In this document: one piece after another, positions 1 through 13,862 of the stretch
Position numbering within the stretch: position 1 is the first letter of the stretch
Layout: each line of letters begins with the position of its first letter
Assembly: GCF_036321535.1 (NCBI RefSeq)
Contig: NC_087436.1
Span: forward strand, 20,152,001-20,216,000
DNA: 64,000 bases
Reading direction: 5' to 3'
DNA from: Camelus dromedarius
Lineage: Eukaryota
Notes under the pieces: generated by a model
What the model was told of the DNA's origin: nothing
Database searches by the model: none
The model's input: the letters and a program-made list of their open reading frames with translations, nothing else
Made by a program: the position numbers and the translations under genes

Positions 1-307
1 AGAAGTGAGCGCTTCAGGGTGAGGAGAGGAGGAACATGTGCCTCAATCCCGTCTTACAGCAAGGTTAGCAACAAGCACACAGCAAGAGACAAACACACGT
101 GATTAGCTTCTGCTGCAGCCACTCACAGATGAGGGCTGGAGAAGAGACGGGGCTTAGGAGTGCCTCTCTCAACTACCGAAGAACCTTCTGGAAAGCCTTG
201 GTATATGAACTTCTAATTTTGGAAATCACCAGGGAAAACGCTCCTTCAGTTTTGTTAGGTTTGCTGTTTTTCAATAACCCTTAGCCTTCACTTAAAAATA
301 TTCTTTT

Positions 308-538
308 TTTCTTTTTTAAGATTTTTAAAAATTCATTTCTGTTCATTTCTGGCATACAGCACAGTGATTCAGTTATATACGTATGCATTCCTTTCCATAT
401 TCTTTTTCACTATAGGCCATTACAAGGTATTGAATATAGTTCCCTGTGCTGTACAGTAGGACCTTGCTGTTTATCCATTTTATATATATAGTTAGTATCT
501 GCAAATTCCAAACTGCCAATTTATCCCTGCCCACCCCC
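308..538 (-). mobile_element. 5'-truncated L1 3' end with perfect 15-bp TSD
   Basis: Reverse complement of the L1 3'UTR motif (AACAAGGTCCTACTGTACAGCACAGGGAACTATATTCAAT...AACTGAATCACTGTGCTGTA). T-rich tail on the left. TAAAAATATTCTTTT at 293-307 and 539-553. Confidence 0.9.
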
Positions 539-804
539 TAAAAATATTCTTTTATCATCAATCCAAAATTGTTAAGCACTGACGCTCTAAACAGATGACT
601 GCACAGTTACACCCAGGTCTTCGCTGGTTACGTCAGTGTGTTTGTTCTCCCTATAAAAGGCTCATCTGTAACCCAAAGAATTCTTTCTGTCCAGCTCCTC
701 TCACTGTGCTTTTACTAAAATAACGATCTAATAAAGACTAGTAAAAATCTATGAGAAAAAGTAACACTTGGACAGATAAACTTTCAGCTCTAAAAAGGGA
801 ATCA

Positions 805-1029
<225 letters not shown>

Positions 1030-3283
1030 TTAAGAAATTAAACTCGTTTCAACTTCCCCATCAGAAGACGGGATGCTACAGACACTGGACTTGGTGTACA
1101 TTTTTGGAAAGTTACTACCATCTCATAATCTTATACAATTGTAGTGGAAATGCAGTGGTAGGAAAGCATTATATGCCAGTTCCAGAACTTGTCTGCCCAC
1201 CCAGGGTCATGCCATTTACAAACAATCAGAAGGGCATCCAAACGTGCCTTCACACAATCCACTTGGAAAGGACCTCTGCATTTCGTTGTTACCCCAGTAG
1301 GTGGAAAACAGTTGAAAGCCACCCAGGACTTAAGAAAACGGGCTTCAGGGTCTCTCGCATTAAATCTATAGGCTCTCAGGGATTTACCAACTAAGACCCA
1401 TTACAGCCAACTTCCTGGCTGCAACTGTTAGTTTCCCATGACTTCAAGAAGTCAGAGGACTACCTTCTCCCTGCTCCCTTAAATAGTCACTAGTTTCAAA
1501 ATCCCTAGTAGCAGCATAATAGGAAATGAATCAGTTTATCACAATTATCTTCTATTTCAGAATTTGCATATGTTTCTTCTGGAGAGCTCACAGCCAGATG
1601 CCAAGTAAGAGGCAAATAGTGTGATTTTTGAAACAAAGAACACTAACACAAGTTCTGAGCTTTCTTAAAAGAAAGGGTATGGCTTTCCCAGGAACCATCC
1701 TTTGCGATGGAAAATGAATTCCTCCTGGGCTATGGTGAGCCCGTCTAGTACCACGTAGCAGAAACCACAGAGCAGGGAACAAAGTTTCACCTTAAGGAAC
1801 CACCAATAACTCGGATGTACTCTAGACCACTCAGGGCAACCATCGCATACAAATAGCTAACACTGTTCTTCCAGAGTTTCTTCGCGATTTCCCAGACTGA
1901 CTACAGCTGAACCACAACCTGCTAACGCCCAGCATCCAGCTGCTAGCCAGGCCTCAGAGCATGAAGTCAGGACTACGGGGACCCGGTCTGGATGCCTTTT
2001 CCACCCCCCTTCTCCAGCTTCTTTTAATTCAGCTTCTTCCCTGCAGCTGTAACACTGCCTCCTCTTTATTTCCAACCAGGAATGAAGACAAAGAGACTCG
2101 TCTGAGACCAAACCCAGTAAATTTCTGCAAATAAGCTGGTGAAAAAGTCACCAACACCCCATGGCACCAGCACCACTGGGAGGGACCAGATACCACCGAC
2201 GATGCTCCACAAGGTCCTCCTCCCTCCCCTTCCGCTTTCTCGTCTCCGTATTCCCTCTGCTTGGCCTGTGCCTTAATCTCCGACAGCCGGGGACACAGTA
2301 TAATTTCAAGCGATAATCTTCAGTTTTTTCATTCTTGGGCCCACTCAAGGTCTACCACTGCCCCAAAGCCTTCTGAAACAATCTCCTTGCCACCAACCTG
2401 TTCATCGGAGCCAATGGGCTCCAGAGGGGGTGGAGTGGCTGGATGGGAAATCACCAGATGATATTAATCGGACTTTTAATCTATCTCCTACCCTCACCTT
2501 AAATAGTTTAGGATTGAAAAGCAAAGAAAACAATGCAAAATAAACAGGCTTAACATTTTTAAAAAGCAATAGATGTACAAAAAAAGATGGTAATACCAAG
2601 CGTGTACGACTTTTCAATTTGAGGACACACCAGCTCTGCTGTCGAATTCAAATTTGCTTAAAAACACTTCAAGTGGCCCAATGAACACGGCAACCCACTC
2701 ATTTTCCTTCTTGAAATGTTAACAGATGTCGAGTGTATTTGCTTAAGAGTACCCTTCGTGAGGTCTACTGGCACGACCTAATCATTTTTTGTTCTGAAGT
2801 ACTTGCTTATTAACCTATAACTTGAAAAACATGAGGTCCTAATTAATCATTTAATTTGACAAACATTACACCATCAGAGAAGTCTAAAAAGGAAGGATAA
2901 TGGTGTTTTGTCTTTGCTAAGTTAAATAAGCAGATGGTTTCTACTGCTTCTGTTGCAATCGCTTTGTTGGTAAAGTATATGTTTCTTGGGATTACATCAC
3001 CACTCAAACAAATTTAATTAAGTGGTGGGTGGGGTGGGATCCCCCAGGAAATGTCTTTTCTGAGGTTGCCTTTATACAGGGTTTTCTCCTCGCGTGAAAA
3101 CAGCAAATGCATGCAGCATGCTCTCTCTTTTTTATCAAGAGCAAAGGCTGCTAACAACTACGCCACTCCCAGGATGCAGCTGTTTCAAAACCTTTCAAAA
3201 TAAGAAATGAAAACGTATTCAAGCATCTGTGCCGGACAAAGAAAACACAACACTGGGGTACTTGGCCGCGAGGTCTCCTTTCA

Positions 3284-3745
<462 letters not shown>

Positions 3746-6700
3746 TCAATGACATCACAAGAGAGCTGAAACATATCTGCAAGGAACAACAAATTATTTG
3801 AACCCCATCATGCCAACTCAAAAGCACAATTCAAATGAAAAGCCATTTTCCACCCAGGAACAAATGCAGTACAAACCAGTCTCCTTAGAATCACTGATGG
3901 CATATGCCTCAGGCCTGCACCACGGACATGCTGTCCAAGGAAAGTCTGCAAAATGTCTTCTTTCAGGTTGAAAATGTTAAGGTTCCCCCATTCTTAATTG
4001 TTTTCATTCACTAAAGACCAAAGCACAACTAAACATATATCACCATTGACAATTCCAGTTTATATCCCTGGCTGATAAGATTTTACATTTAAGAGTTAGT
4101 AATATTTATTGAATGATATGAATTATCCATCGTGAATGTTTTAAATGGACACATTAGCTCACTTTAAACCAAAAGAAGTAAATAAAGCTGAGAGGGCAAA
4201 TACAGTGAGTAGTATAAAATCCAGATGCCAGCAAAGACCGTTAATTAGACAAAATACGACGTTTCGTGGGACAGACTTCCCATATTGTGTCTTAGTAGTC
4301 ACATTTTATTTTTTTCTCTGTTGATCTTACTGTATTTACCCACTTCTCAGTAGTCCTGATCACAAACTGATAGAGGAAGAAACAGGTCATGTCATCCACA
4401 TTTTGCTAACTGAATACTCAAGGTATAACCGCCAAGAAATGTATGCAAAGGAAATAAACAAGTCAAGCCATTCCCAAAAGCTCCGCCTGTTACGAACCTA
4501 AGGAGTTAGTAATTCGCGTGGTCCTTAACCTCCAGAAACCACCAGAAGCAAAACCACTACAAATGCAATGACAGATGAAGGGAAGGACTGGCCACCAGGG
4601 TTGGATCTTAAGCTCCTTGCCAGGGTCACCAGATTCCTCCCCCCACCCTCCAATAATAAAGGTCCTCGGAATCCCTACAGCTCTTGTGGCCTTGGCTGAA
4701 AGGAGGAAAACACCCCATTTGGTAAACTGCATGGGAAGCGAAGAGGAGATTTAAAATCTGTTGCTGTTAGGAGTTAGGACTCAGAATGTATTTTCCCAAA
4801 GAAACCATATTTAGTGGCATTAGGAATTAAGTAGATTTTTGAGGGCTTCCCAGGGAATCCATCCATGACTTGCATCATTTCTGTAGGAAAAAGTGCTCTT
4901 AACACTTGGATTATCACTAACTCACGAGCTGAAAATCGTTTCCCTTAAGTAAAAATAGGTTTTTGAAGGTATTAAAATCGGAAATTTCTATATAATCCTG
5001 TAGCAGTCAGATTTGTTGATTTCCCTACTGGATCCCTTAGAAACAAATCTTTTTAGGGTAACAAACATTTTTTTCTTTTTCACACAGTGATGGACTCTGT
5101 CCATATCAAGTCATCAAAAGCATAATTCCTCCTACTACCTTTCCACAGTCATTGGAAATGTAAGCTACTTTGTTTTGTTAAAGATAATGTTCCTAATCGT
5201 CACAAAGGCTCCCCCAACACCAAAAGAAATCTATATTCCAAAAAAAAACACGTGCTCTGAAACAGCACAACATCTTTAAATTACCTATGTAATCAAACAT
5301 TCTCTTTTTCTTTTAGCTGCTGCAGTTTGAGTTACCACTTTCCAACTTGCCTTTTATGGTCAAGTTAATGCCTCCATTCTGATTCCTCCTTTAAAAGGTG
5401 GAAAACACTGGCCTCTAAACCCCTCCCACCAACTGCAGCGCCAGACAGCAACTTAAATCAGTTCTCCATCTCTCTTCTCTGTCTCTTTCCCTCCCCCTCC
5501 CCTTACTGGAGCCCCTGTTGTAGCAACTGGACTTCTTTTCCCACTGCCTGCAGATGACAGCGGCAGCAGAAGACAAAGTATTTCTGCATCTCCAGTTGGC
5601 ACTCTTTACACGGGCTCCTGTGTAATTGCTGACTGACGTGCAGTGGTCTGGCCCTGAAGCACTGGGCTGCCCTTAGTGAACGCCATGGGTGAGATCAGTC
5701 AGCTTTTGTGCATGACCTGGAAAGTGACCACCAACAGCGCTCTCCAGAGGAATCTACAAGATCAAGACCTTTCTCCTGCCCTCTGATTATTCAGATGAGA
5801 TGGTTTTGCCACTGCTGATATAGGTACAGGTCTATTTTAATGAACGTCAAAAGGGTGCTGAGGTATCACACATCTATAATAAAACGCACAAATCTTCACA
5901 TAAATGGGACTGTATACATTTCGTGCCTGGTTTCTTCAGTTCAACATCATGTCTGTGAAATTCACCCACTGTTGTGTGTGTCTCGTTGTATGTATACATT
6001 ACAACTGATTTACTCACTACCCCTGTCTTCCTCAGAGTATAATCAATTTCATTGTTTTCTGGTTTATCCTTCCTTGTTTCTTCTTGAAGAAATTAAGCAG
6101 ATAACTGTGTGCTTTCTAATTTCATCTTTATTACTAAAAAGAAAGGCAGCCTACTAAACAGACTTTTGCACATGGCTTTTTTCACTACAACCCAGAATTA
6201 ACTTCATATTAGCTTACTGAGATCTTCCTTATTTGTTTTCACAGCTACTAGCACCACAGTTTATTCAACCAATCTACAATGTCTGGGCATTTAGGCAGTT
6301 TACAAATACTTCATTATTACATATGCAATGAATAACCCCGAGCATATACTGTAGTACTGTTAAAGGTGTACCTTCAGGGTAAATTCCTAGAAGTGGAAAT
6401 ACTGGGTGAAAGGGTAAATGCAGGTAGAATTTTGTTACTGTCAAGTACCCCTTCATAGGGGTTGCATGACACCAGCAACAAATGAGTGGCTTTTTCTCCA
6501 CTGCCTCCAGAACAGACTATTTTGCCAAGTTTTTAAATTTTTTTGGACAATCTGATGGGTGAGAAGTGGTAGGGATTTTGGTGCAATTTTCATTTACATT
6601 TCTATTACGGTGAAAGTTGATCATCTTTGTGTGGATTTCAGAAGACATAATTTTACTTTTGGTGAATTGTCTCCTTGTGCCTTTTGCCCATTTTTGGACT

Positions 6701-7487
6701 TATCCAATTTTGACAAGAATAGATATATTAGAGACATCAGCCGATGATATGTATGTTACAAATATTTTATCACAATCTGTTCATTTGTCTTTTGACTTTG
6801 CTTATGTGCAAGTTTATTTCTTATTTTTCAGTAGTCAAGTTTATCAATATTTTCCTTTATTGCATATGGATTTCGAGTCAGAGAAAGCCTCCTTTTAAAC
6901 CCAGATTGCAAGGAGGAATTCATCCATGCATTCTTCCAGTGCATGTACAGTTTCATAATTTATTTAAATCTCAGATCCATTTGGAGTTCAGTTTATTTAT
7001 GGCAGGAGAAACAGATCTAATTTTATCTTTCTCCAAATGGTTAGCCAGTTGCCCCAATTCTATTTATTAAAAAGTCCATCTCTGCCTTAGTGATTGGAGA
7101 TACCACCTTTCTCGTAAACTTCCATATATGTTAGGGTCTGTTTCCAGACATTCCACACCCCATTCCACTCTAGTCTGTGCCCCAGTACCACTGCCTTAAT
7201 TACAGAGACTTTACAGTACGTGTTAATATCTGCAGGGCTAGTCCCCTCTCACAGTTTTTTTTCAGTGTCTTGCTTGTGTGCTTACTTTTCCACATGAACT
7301 TTTGTTACTGCCTTGTAGACCTTCAGAAAAAAAAATTATTGGCACTTTTATTGGGATCACATTATATTTATACATTAACTTAGTAAGAATTAATAGCTTG
7401 ACGATGTTGAAGTACTCTATTCAACACCTGGGAAGGTCTGTTCAAGTCCACTTCTGCGTCTTTCAGGGCTGTTCCATAGCTCCTGTC

Positions 7488-7875
7488 TATTAGTGTGCTC
7501 AGCCTGCCTGTGACAAAATACCACTGACTGGGCGGCTTAACCAACAGAAATTTATTTACTCAAAGTTCTAGTGGCCGGAAGTCTGAGATCAAGGCGTTGG
7601 CAGGTTGGTTTCCCCTGAGCCCTCTCTTCCTGGCTTGCGGACATACGGCCACTTTCTGGCTGTGTCCTCCCATGGCTTATTTCCCTGGTGTCTCTCTGTA
7701 TGTATCAATCTCCTCTTTTTACAAGGACACCAAACAGTTTGGGGCCCACCCCAATGGCCTCATTTTAACTTTTTAAAGGCCCTATCTCCAAATACAATCA
7801 CATTCTTAAGTATTTACGATTAGGGCTTCAATATATAAGTTGGGGGGGGGGGGAGACACAATTCTATCTATAAGC
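7488..7875 (-). mobile_element. MLT1-type (ERVL-MaLR) solo LTR
   Basis: ACAAAATACCACTGACTGGGCGGCTTAACCAACAGAAATTTATTT...GGAAGTCTGAGATCAAGG...CCCTATCTCCAAATACAATCACATT matches the recalled MLT1A/B/C antisense pattern. Confidence 0.85.
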
Positions 7876-9394
7876 ATGCATTAGGTTTTAAACATTTCTT
7901 ATTAAATTTATGAAGAATCTTATCTTTTCTGTTGCTATTTTAAATGGAACTTTTGCTTCCATTGTATCTTTTAACTGGTAATTATTTATACATATGGTTA
8001 TTGGTATTTCCATGATATCTTATATACTACTTCCTGGCTGAATTCTTTTGTTTTCTGAGTTATTTTTATCATTGGCTCATTATGAAGTTAGTTCTCCAGC
8101 AAATGGTCATGTTTCCAACAAAAAGATAATTTTACGTTTTCCTTTCCAGTTGTTTCCTCTTGACTAATTGCACTGGTCAACAGCGCCAATACAACATAAA
8201 AAGTAGTAGAGACAGTGAACTTCCATGACTTCTTCTTGACCTTGGTGAGAATGCCTCTAGCATTTCCCTATTAAGTAGGATGCTGACTTTAGGACTGACA
8301 TATATGTACCCATTCCTATGGTTAAGAGGTTTTATTAGGAATAGGTGTTCAAATCTCGTCAGAGAATTTTTCAGGATTTCTAAAGATACTACGATTTTTC
8401 TTCTTACACCTATTAATGTAAATTATCCTTGCATTCCTGGCATTAAAAACCCTGCTTGGTCACGATGTATTATTTCCTTAAAATGGGGTGTTAAAGTCTA
8501 ATAACTTGATTTTTGTTTCGGATCTTTGCATTAACATCCATTCAGTGACACTGGTCTGTAAGTTTCTTTGTGTGTGCTATCCCTAGCAGGGTTCGGTGTC
8601 AGTGTTACACTTGCTTCGTAATTGCTCGTGTGCTCAGAAATAGTTCAAGTTTCTAAATGCCTGGTAGGTCTCCCCACTCTTAAACTCTGGGATTAGTGCT
8701 TTCCTGAGGAGTAGTTCCTTGAAACTTTGTCCTATGTAAATACATTTAAGCTTCTTAAGTCTACAGAGGGTATTCTGGTAAATTGTATTTCCTCCTAGAA
8801 AATTACCCATTTCATCTAGGTTTTCAAGTTTACTGGCATAAAGGAATGCAAAGTAATCTTAAAATAAAATTTTCTATTCTCTGTATCAATAGCTGTTTCT
8901 CTCATTTCTTATTTTTTATACTTGTGCTTTCTTCTTGTAACACCTTTTTTTCCTTTATTAAACTATAGGGTTTTTTGTTTTATTTTGTTTGCTTTTATTT
9001 TTTTTTTTAAAAATAGGATTTGGATTTGTTAATTTGATCTGACTTTTTACTATCTCATTGTTTTTTGGTTTAATCTCTATTGTCTTTTTCCTTATACTTT
9101 TCTGGCTTACTTTGATGTTTTTCCCCTAGCCTCCTGATCGGGAATTTAAATTTTTCTTCTCTCATTTTTACTGATATAAGTGTTCAAGGCTATGAGTTTT
9201 CCTCTGAGGACTGGTTTAAATGGATACCACAGGTTCTAATATGTAGCTGTTTGACCATTATTTTCTAGAAACTACATAATTTTCTTTGTATTTTCCTATT
9301 TGCTTCTGGGTCACTTAATAGAATAGTTTTAAAATTCCCAGATAGGAGAGATTATTTGCTTCAAATTTCCAGGCTTCTGGAATTATGATAAGAT

Positions 9395-9503
9395 TTTGGG
9401 GGGTTAGGTTAGGTTTATTTATTTTTAGAGGAGGTACCGGGGACTGAATCCGGGACCTTGTGCATGTTAAGCATGTCCTCTACCACTTGAGCTATACCCT
9501 CCC
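9395..9503 (-). mobile_element. tRNA-derived SINE (camelid Vic-1-like)
   Basis: Reverse complement GGGAGGGTATAGCTCAAGTGGTAGAG...GGTCCCGGATTCAGTCCCCGGTACCTCC with Pol III A and B boxes. Confidence 0.85.
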
Positions 9504-9700
9504 TACCACTGTAATAAGAATTTTGATCACAGTACTTCTAACTTACGGAACTTGATATTTTCTTTGCAACCTACTATATGATACATTTTTGCGAGTGTTC
9601 CTGGTACACCTGAGAAGGGACATTTTCTATCATTAGGATGCAGTGTTCAATGTTTCCATAGAAGTTACCTAATTAACAATGTTGCTTAAGTCTCCTACAT

Positions 9701-9895
9701 CAGGAAGTCAGTGAGCTTTTTCTGTAAAGGGTAAGAGAGTAAATATTTTAGGTTTTGTGGACCACAGGGCCTCTGTCACAACTATTCAACTCTGCTGTTA
9801 CAGTAAGAAAGCCATAGACAATATGGAAAGGAATGTGGCTGCGCTAAACAAGTACCAGACTGGATTTGGCCTGCAGGCAGTTCCCCAACCTCCAG
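9701..9895 (+). mobile_element. MER58A-like hAT-Charlie DNA transposon relic
   Basis: CTTTTTCTGTAAAGGG...GTAAATATTTTAGGTTTTGTGGACCACA...CAACTATTCAACTCTGC...GGATTTGGCCTGCAGGC. Confidence 0.8.
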
Positions 9896-10526
9896 CTGAT
9901 ATGATTACTTACGTTTTTTTCCCCACATGACCTGCCTTGCATTCAGACTGCTGTATTACAGTTCCTATTACTGACGTGTTTCTAGTTGTTGGCCCTGCCA
10001 TATCCTGCTTCACACAGGAGGCTGCTGTGATGCTCGGCGCACACACGTTCACTTTCAAGTGCCCTCTGCGTCAGTGCTTTCTGGTCGTCTGAATTCTGTT
10101 TTGTGTGACATCAGAATCACAAGTCCCCACTTCTTGTTGTTTACAGGGTGCCTGATACCCCTTTGCCAATTCCTTGATTTTTAGCTTTTTAATCACTTTT
10201 TTTTTTGAGGGGTGAGTCTCTTCAACATATCATAGAGTTTTGCTTTATGAACCAACTTGAAAATCTTTTAATTTTAATAGGTGATTTACTAATATGGCTG
10301 ATGTTTGGCCTCAACTCTGTCATGTTATTTTATATCATACTTACTGTATTATATTTACTATATTTCTCTCTGTGATGTAATCCTTTGTCTTCTGTATTTT
10401 TTTTTAAAGGAAACTCTAAAGATAGTTTTATATTGCTGCTCTGTGGTTATTTTTCTATTTGTATCTTTTAATGTCTTCAATCTCCATTTTTTTTCTTACT
10501 TCATCTTATACTGTCTAGTTGGTCAT

Positions 10527-10616
10527 TTTTTTTTTTTTTAATGGAGATATTGGGGATTAAACCCAGGACCTTGTGTATGCTAAGTATGTGTTCTACCACT
10601 GAGCTATACCCTCCTG
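10527..10616 (-). mobile_element. tRNA-derived SINE (Vic-1-like, short form)
   Basis: Poly-T followed by the reverse complement of GGAGGGTATAGCTCAGTGGTAGAAC...GGTCCTGGGTTTAATCCCCAATATCTCCATT. Confidence 0.88.
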
Positions 10617-11659
10617 CCTCTCACTGGTCAGTCTTAAATGATATCTTAACTCCCATCTATCATCTATACAATTGATCTTACTCTCCTCTTCTTATTCTTC
10701 TATTCCATTTTCATAGTTGCACTCTTTCTACTTTGTCAGAACAGCTACAGATTATATACTTTTCTTGCATCCATATCACCACTCATATTTTAGCCTTATC
10801 TCTATTATTAAATATATTAATTGCTCACCACATGTCCTTGTGCCAAATTTTCCCATCATATCTTAGCTGAATGAAGTGACCCCAGCAGACTCCTCAGGAA
10901 GAGCTCATTGTTACAGTATTCTCCGACTTCATGCACATTTAAAACTTTATCTATAGCCCTGATGCTTGAAGGAGAGCTTGGCTTGTCCTTGGTTTCCTGA
11001 AGTTTCTTAAATGCCTTCTCACTGCTGCCTGTTTTTAGATGATGCTTTTGAGAAATCTGATTTTAGCTTACTTTCTTTGCCTTTACAAGCCATGTGCTCT
11101 TTTTGCCCGGAAGCCCTGAGGACTTCTGACTGTAAAGTGTAATAGTTTTACTAGGATATATCTCAAAGGTGATCATGCTAGGTGAGTTTTCCTAAGTATA
11201 TGCTGAGTTCTTTCACTATGTATTTAGGTTTTCTCTAATTTCTGAAATTTTCTTGAACTAGAAGTTTTAAATACTAGTCCTGTTCTACCGTCTCTGGTTA
11301 CTTCAGAGCTCCAATTATACATATGCTGGATCTTCTTTGTGGGCCGTTCCAATCACTTTCTCTCAAACTTTACCTCTTTTTAAAATTTCTTATTCATTCC
11401 TTTAGTTGTTTTCCTGCCATCCTTCAATGAACCTTATTACAGTTTAATATAAATCTATTCTCCCTTTGGCACACTGCAATTTATTCCTCACTTATGAAAT
11501 GTTTTTCTTTTAAACTTACTGAATTCCATCAATTCTCTTTGATTTTCCAATTTTTGTCTATTTCTGTACTTAGTTTCTGAATTTCTGATGTTCCCCCCAC
11601 AAATGCTTGTTAGAGGATAGATACTTGATTTATTTTGAAGTGTTATCTTACACTTAACA

Positions 11660-12545
11660 CATTCAAGCCACAGACTCAAAAGAAACATTTGCAATCACAT
11701 ATCTGATAAAGGACTTGTGTTCTGAATACATAAAGAACTCTCAGAACTCATTAATAAAAACCCAAATAATCCAGTTAAAAATTAGACAAAGGATGTGAAA
11801 AGACTCTTCACTAAAGAAGATGGATTTTAAAAACATTATGTTTACTGAAATAAGCCAGACACAGAAGTACAAATATTTTGATCCTACTTATATGAGGTAC
11901 TTAGAATAGCCAGATTCACAGATAAAAAGTAAAACAGAGGTTACCAGGGGCTGGAGGAAATAGAAGAGGTGAAGTTATTTAATGGGTATACCAAGTTTTT
12001 GTTGGGGATGATGGGAAAGATTTGGGCATGGATAGTGGTAATAGCTGTAAAACACTATAAATGCATTTAATGCCATGTAAATGTATACTTACAAATGGTT
12101 AAAACGGTAAGTATTATGTTAAGTATATTTTACCACAATAAAAATTTCTTTAATTAGAAGTATTGGCAACAGGGACTCTCGTATATTGCTGGCTGGAATG
12201 TAAAACAGCACAATCACTTTGGACAATATTTTGGCAGTTTCTTATAAATCGAATGTGCACTTAACCGTATGACCCAGCCGTTCTCTTCTAGGTAATTACC
12301 CACAAGAAATGAAAACATCTATCTACATAGACATGTATATTTTACTTGAGATAGCCGAAAACTGGAAACAAACCAAATGTCCATCAACAAATGAATGACT
12401 GAACAAACTATGGTATAGCCACACAATGGAATACTACTCAGTAATAAAAAAGGAATGAAATACTGATTCACGCATAACATGGATGAACCTCAAAAGAACA
12501 CACTGAAAGAGTATATACTGTATCATCTCATGCATCTAAAATCTA
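11660..12545 (+). mobile_element. Old L1 (L1MB/MC-like) ORF2 end and 3' fragments, nested
   Basis: TTTGCAATCACATATCTGATAAAGGACTTG, CTGGAAACAAACCAAATGTCCATCAAC, ATGGAATACTACTCAG. A second L1 3' end is inserted at ~11825-12145. Confidence 0.8.
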
Positions 12546-13103
12546 CCTTAGTTCTAGAGTCTAGTTTTATATCTTATTTGCCTCCCTTCTTGCTGTTAAC
12601 GGAGAGCATTTGAACCACTGGTTGCTGCTATTATTAGAGGGTTAAACTGAACTTTAGGTAAACCTGACAGAAAAGTCCTCTCTCACGAGTGTATAGGAGG
12701 ATATCCATTTATTTTTGCCCTTGCAGTTCTACTGATTAACTTTGAATGGCCCGTTGAAGACACTGTATGTCTTCAGTGTCATCACCACTTAAGCATGAGA
12801 ATTCCTTGCAGCTCTTTACCTTTGGTACCTTCAGTTGGTTTTCACTGCAGGAGCTGGTGTGTCTGTCATAGAGAACTAGAATTTCTTTCCTGGATGTGGA
12901 TTCTGAATTGGGAGATGTGCATTTTATAGCTCCAGTAGTAGAACAGTATCATGAAACTGTTTTAATTGGGAATATAGTACTATTGAGAGCTCAGAGTAAG
13001 AGGTTCCCAAATCTTGAAGATGGATTTAGAAAAGGAATTGATAACAGAACATTTTAGTCATTTTTTTAAATCGGCAAAAGATGACTTTAAATTGCCTCTT
13101 CAC

Positions 13104-13862
13104 ATTTATTTTTTGAAGAGCTTTACTGAGGAATAATCAGCTTAAAATAAACTGCATATGTTTAAAATGTACAATGTGATTAGTTTTGACATATACACGT
13201 GAAAGCATCACCACAATCAAGATGATGAACATACTCGTCATGCGTAAAAGTTTACTCCTCAACTCTGCCGTCTCTCCCCAAGAGAGACTGCTTCGCTGCC
13301 CTCCTCCCCGGGCCGCTACTGATCTGCTTCCTGTCACCATACATTGGTTTTCATATTCTAGATTTATGAAGAGACATAGAGGAACCTTAAATGTATATCG
13401 CTAAGGGAAAGAAGTCAACTGCAAAGGCTCCTTATTGTATGATCCCAAGTCTATGAGATTCTGGAAAAAGCAAACTATGGAGACAGTGAAGATCAGTGGT
13501 TGCCAGGGACTCGGGGAGAAAGGAATAAACAGGTGGAGCACAGAGTATTTTTAGGGCAGTGAACTTATTCTGTATGACACTATAATGGTGACTGCATGTC
13601 ACCACACATTTGTCAAAAACCCATAGAATGGGTAACACCAAGAGTGAATCCTACTGTCAACGATGGACTTTGGTTAATAGTAATGTATCAGTATTGACTG
13701 GCTCGTTGATTATAATGATGTCCCACACTAATGCAAGGCGTTAATAATCAAGGAAACTCTGTGCAGGGAGAGGGAGGATATGGGAAGTCTTTGAACTATC
13801 CAATTTATCTGTAAACTTAACATTACTTAAAAAATAAAAAGCAATTTAAAAAAATAAATAAA
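13104..13862. mobile_element. Two L1 3'-end fragments: minus strand ~13104-13365, plus strand L1MC-like ~13370-13862
   Basis: CATCACCACAATCAAGAT (antisense L1 3' end). GATTCTGGAAAAAGCAAACTATGGAGACAGTG...TTTTTAGGGCAGTGAAC followed by an A-rich tail. Confidence 0.78.

Larger units (their letters stand above)
5855..11650 (-). mobile_element. Long, degraded ancient L1 (L1M/HAL1-like) block, interrupted by younger elements
   Basis: T-rich on the plus strand with degraded antisense L1 ORF2/3' motifs (e.g. GGGTAAATTCCTAGAAGTGGAAATACTGGG, CCCCAATTCTATTTATTAAAAAGTCC). Subfamily and ends are approximate. Confidence 0.7.

Noticed and set aside
5840..11694. Cluster of hydrophobic short ORFs
   Set aside because: Translations of T-rich antisense degraded L1; not membrane proteins.
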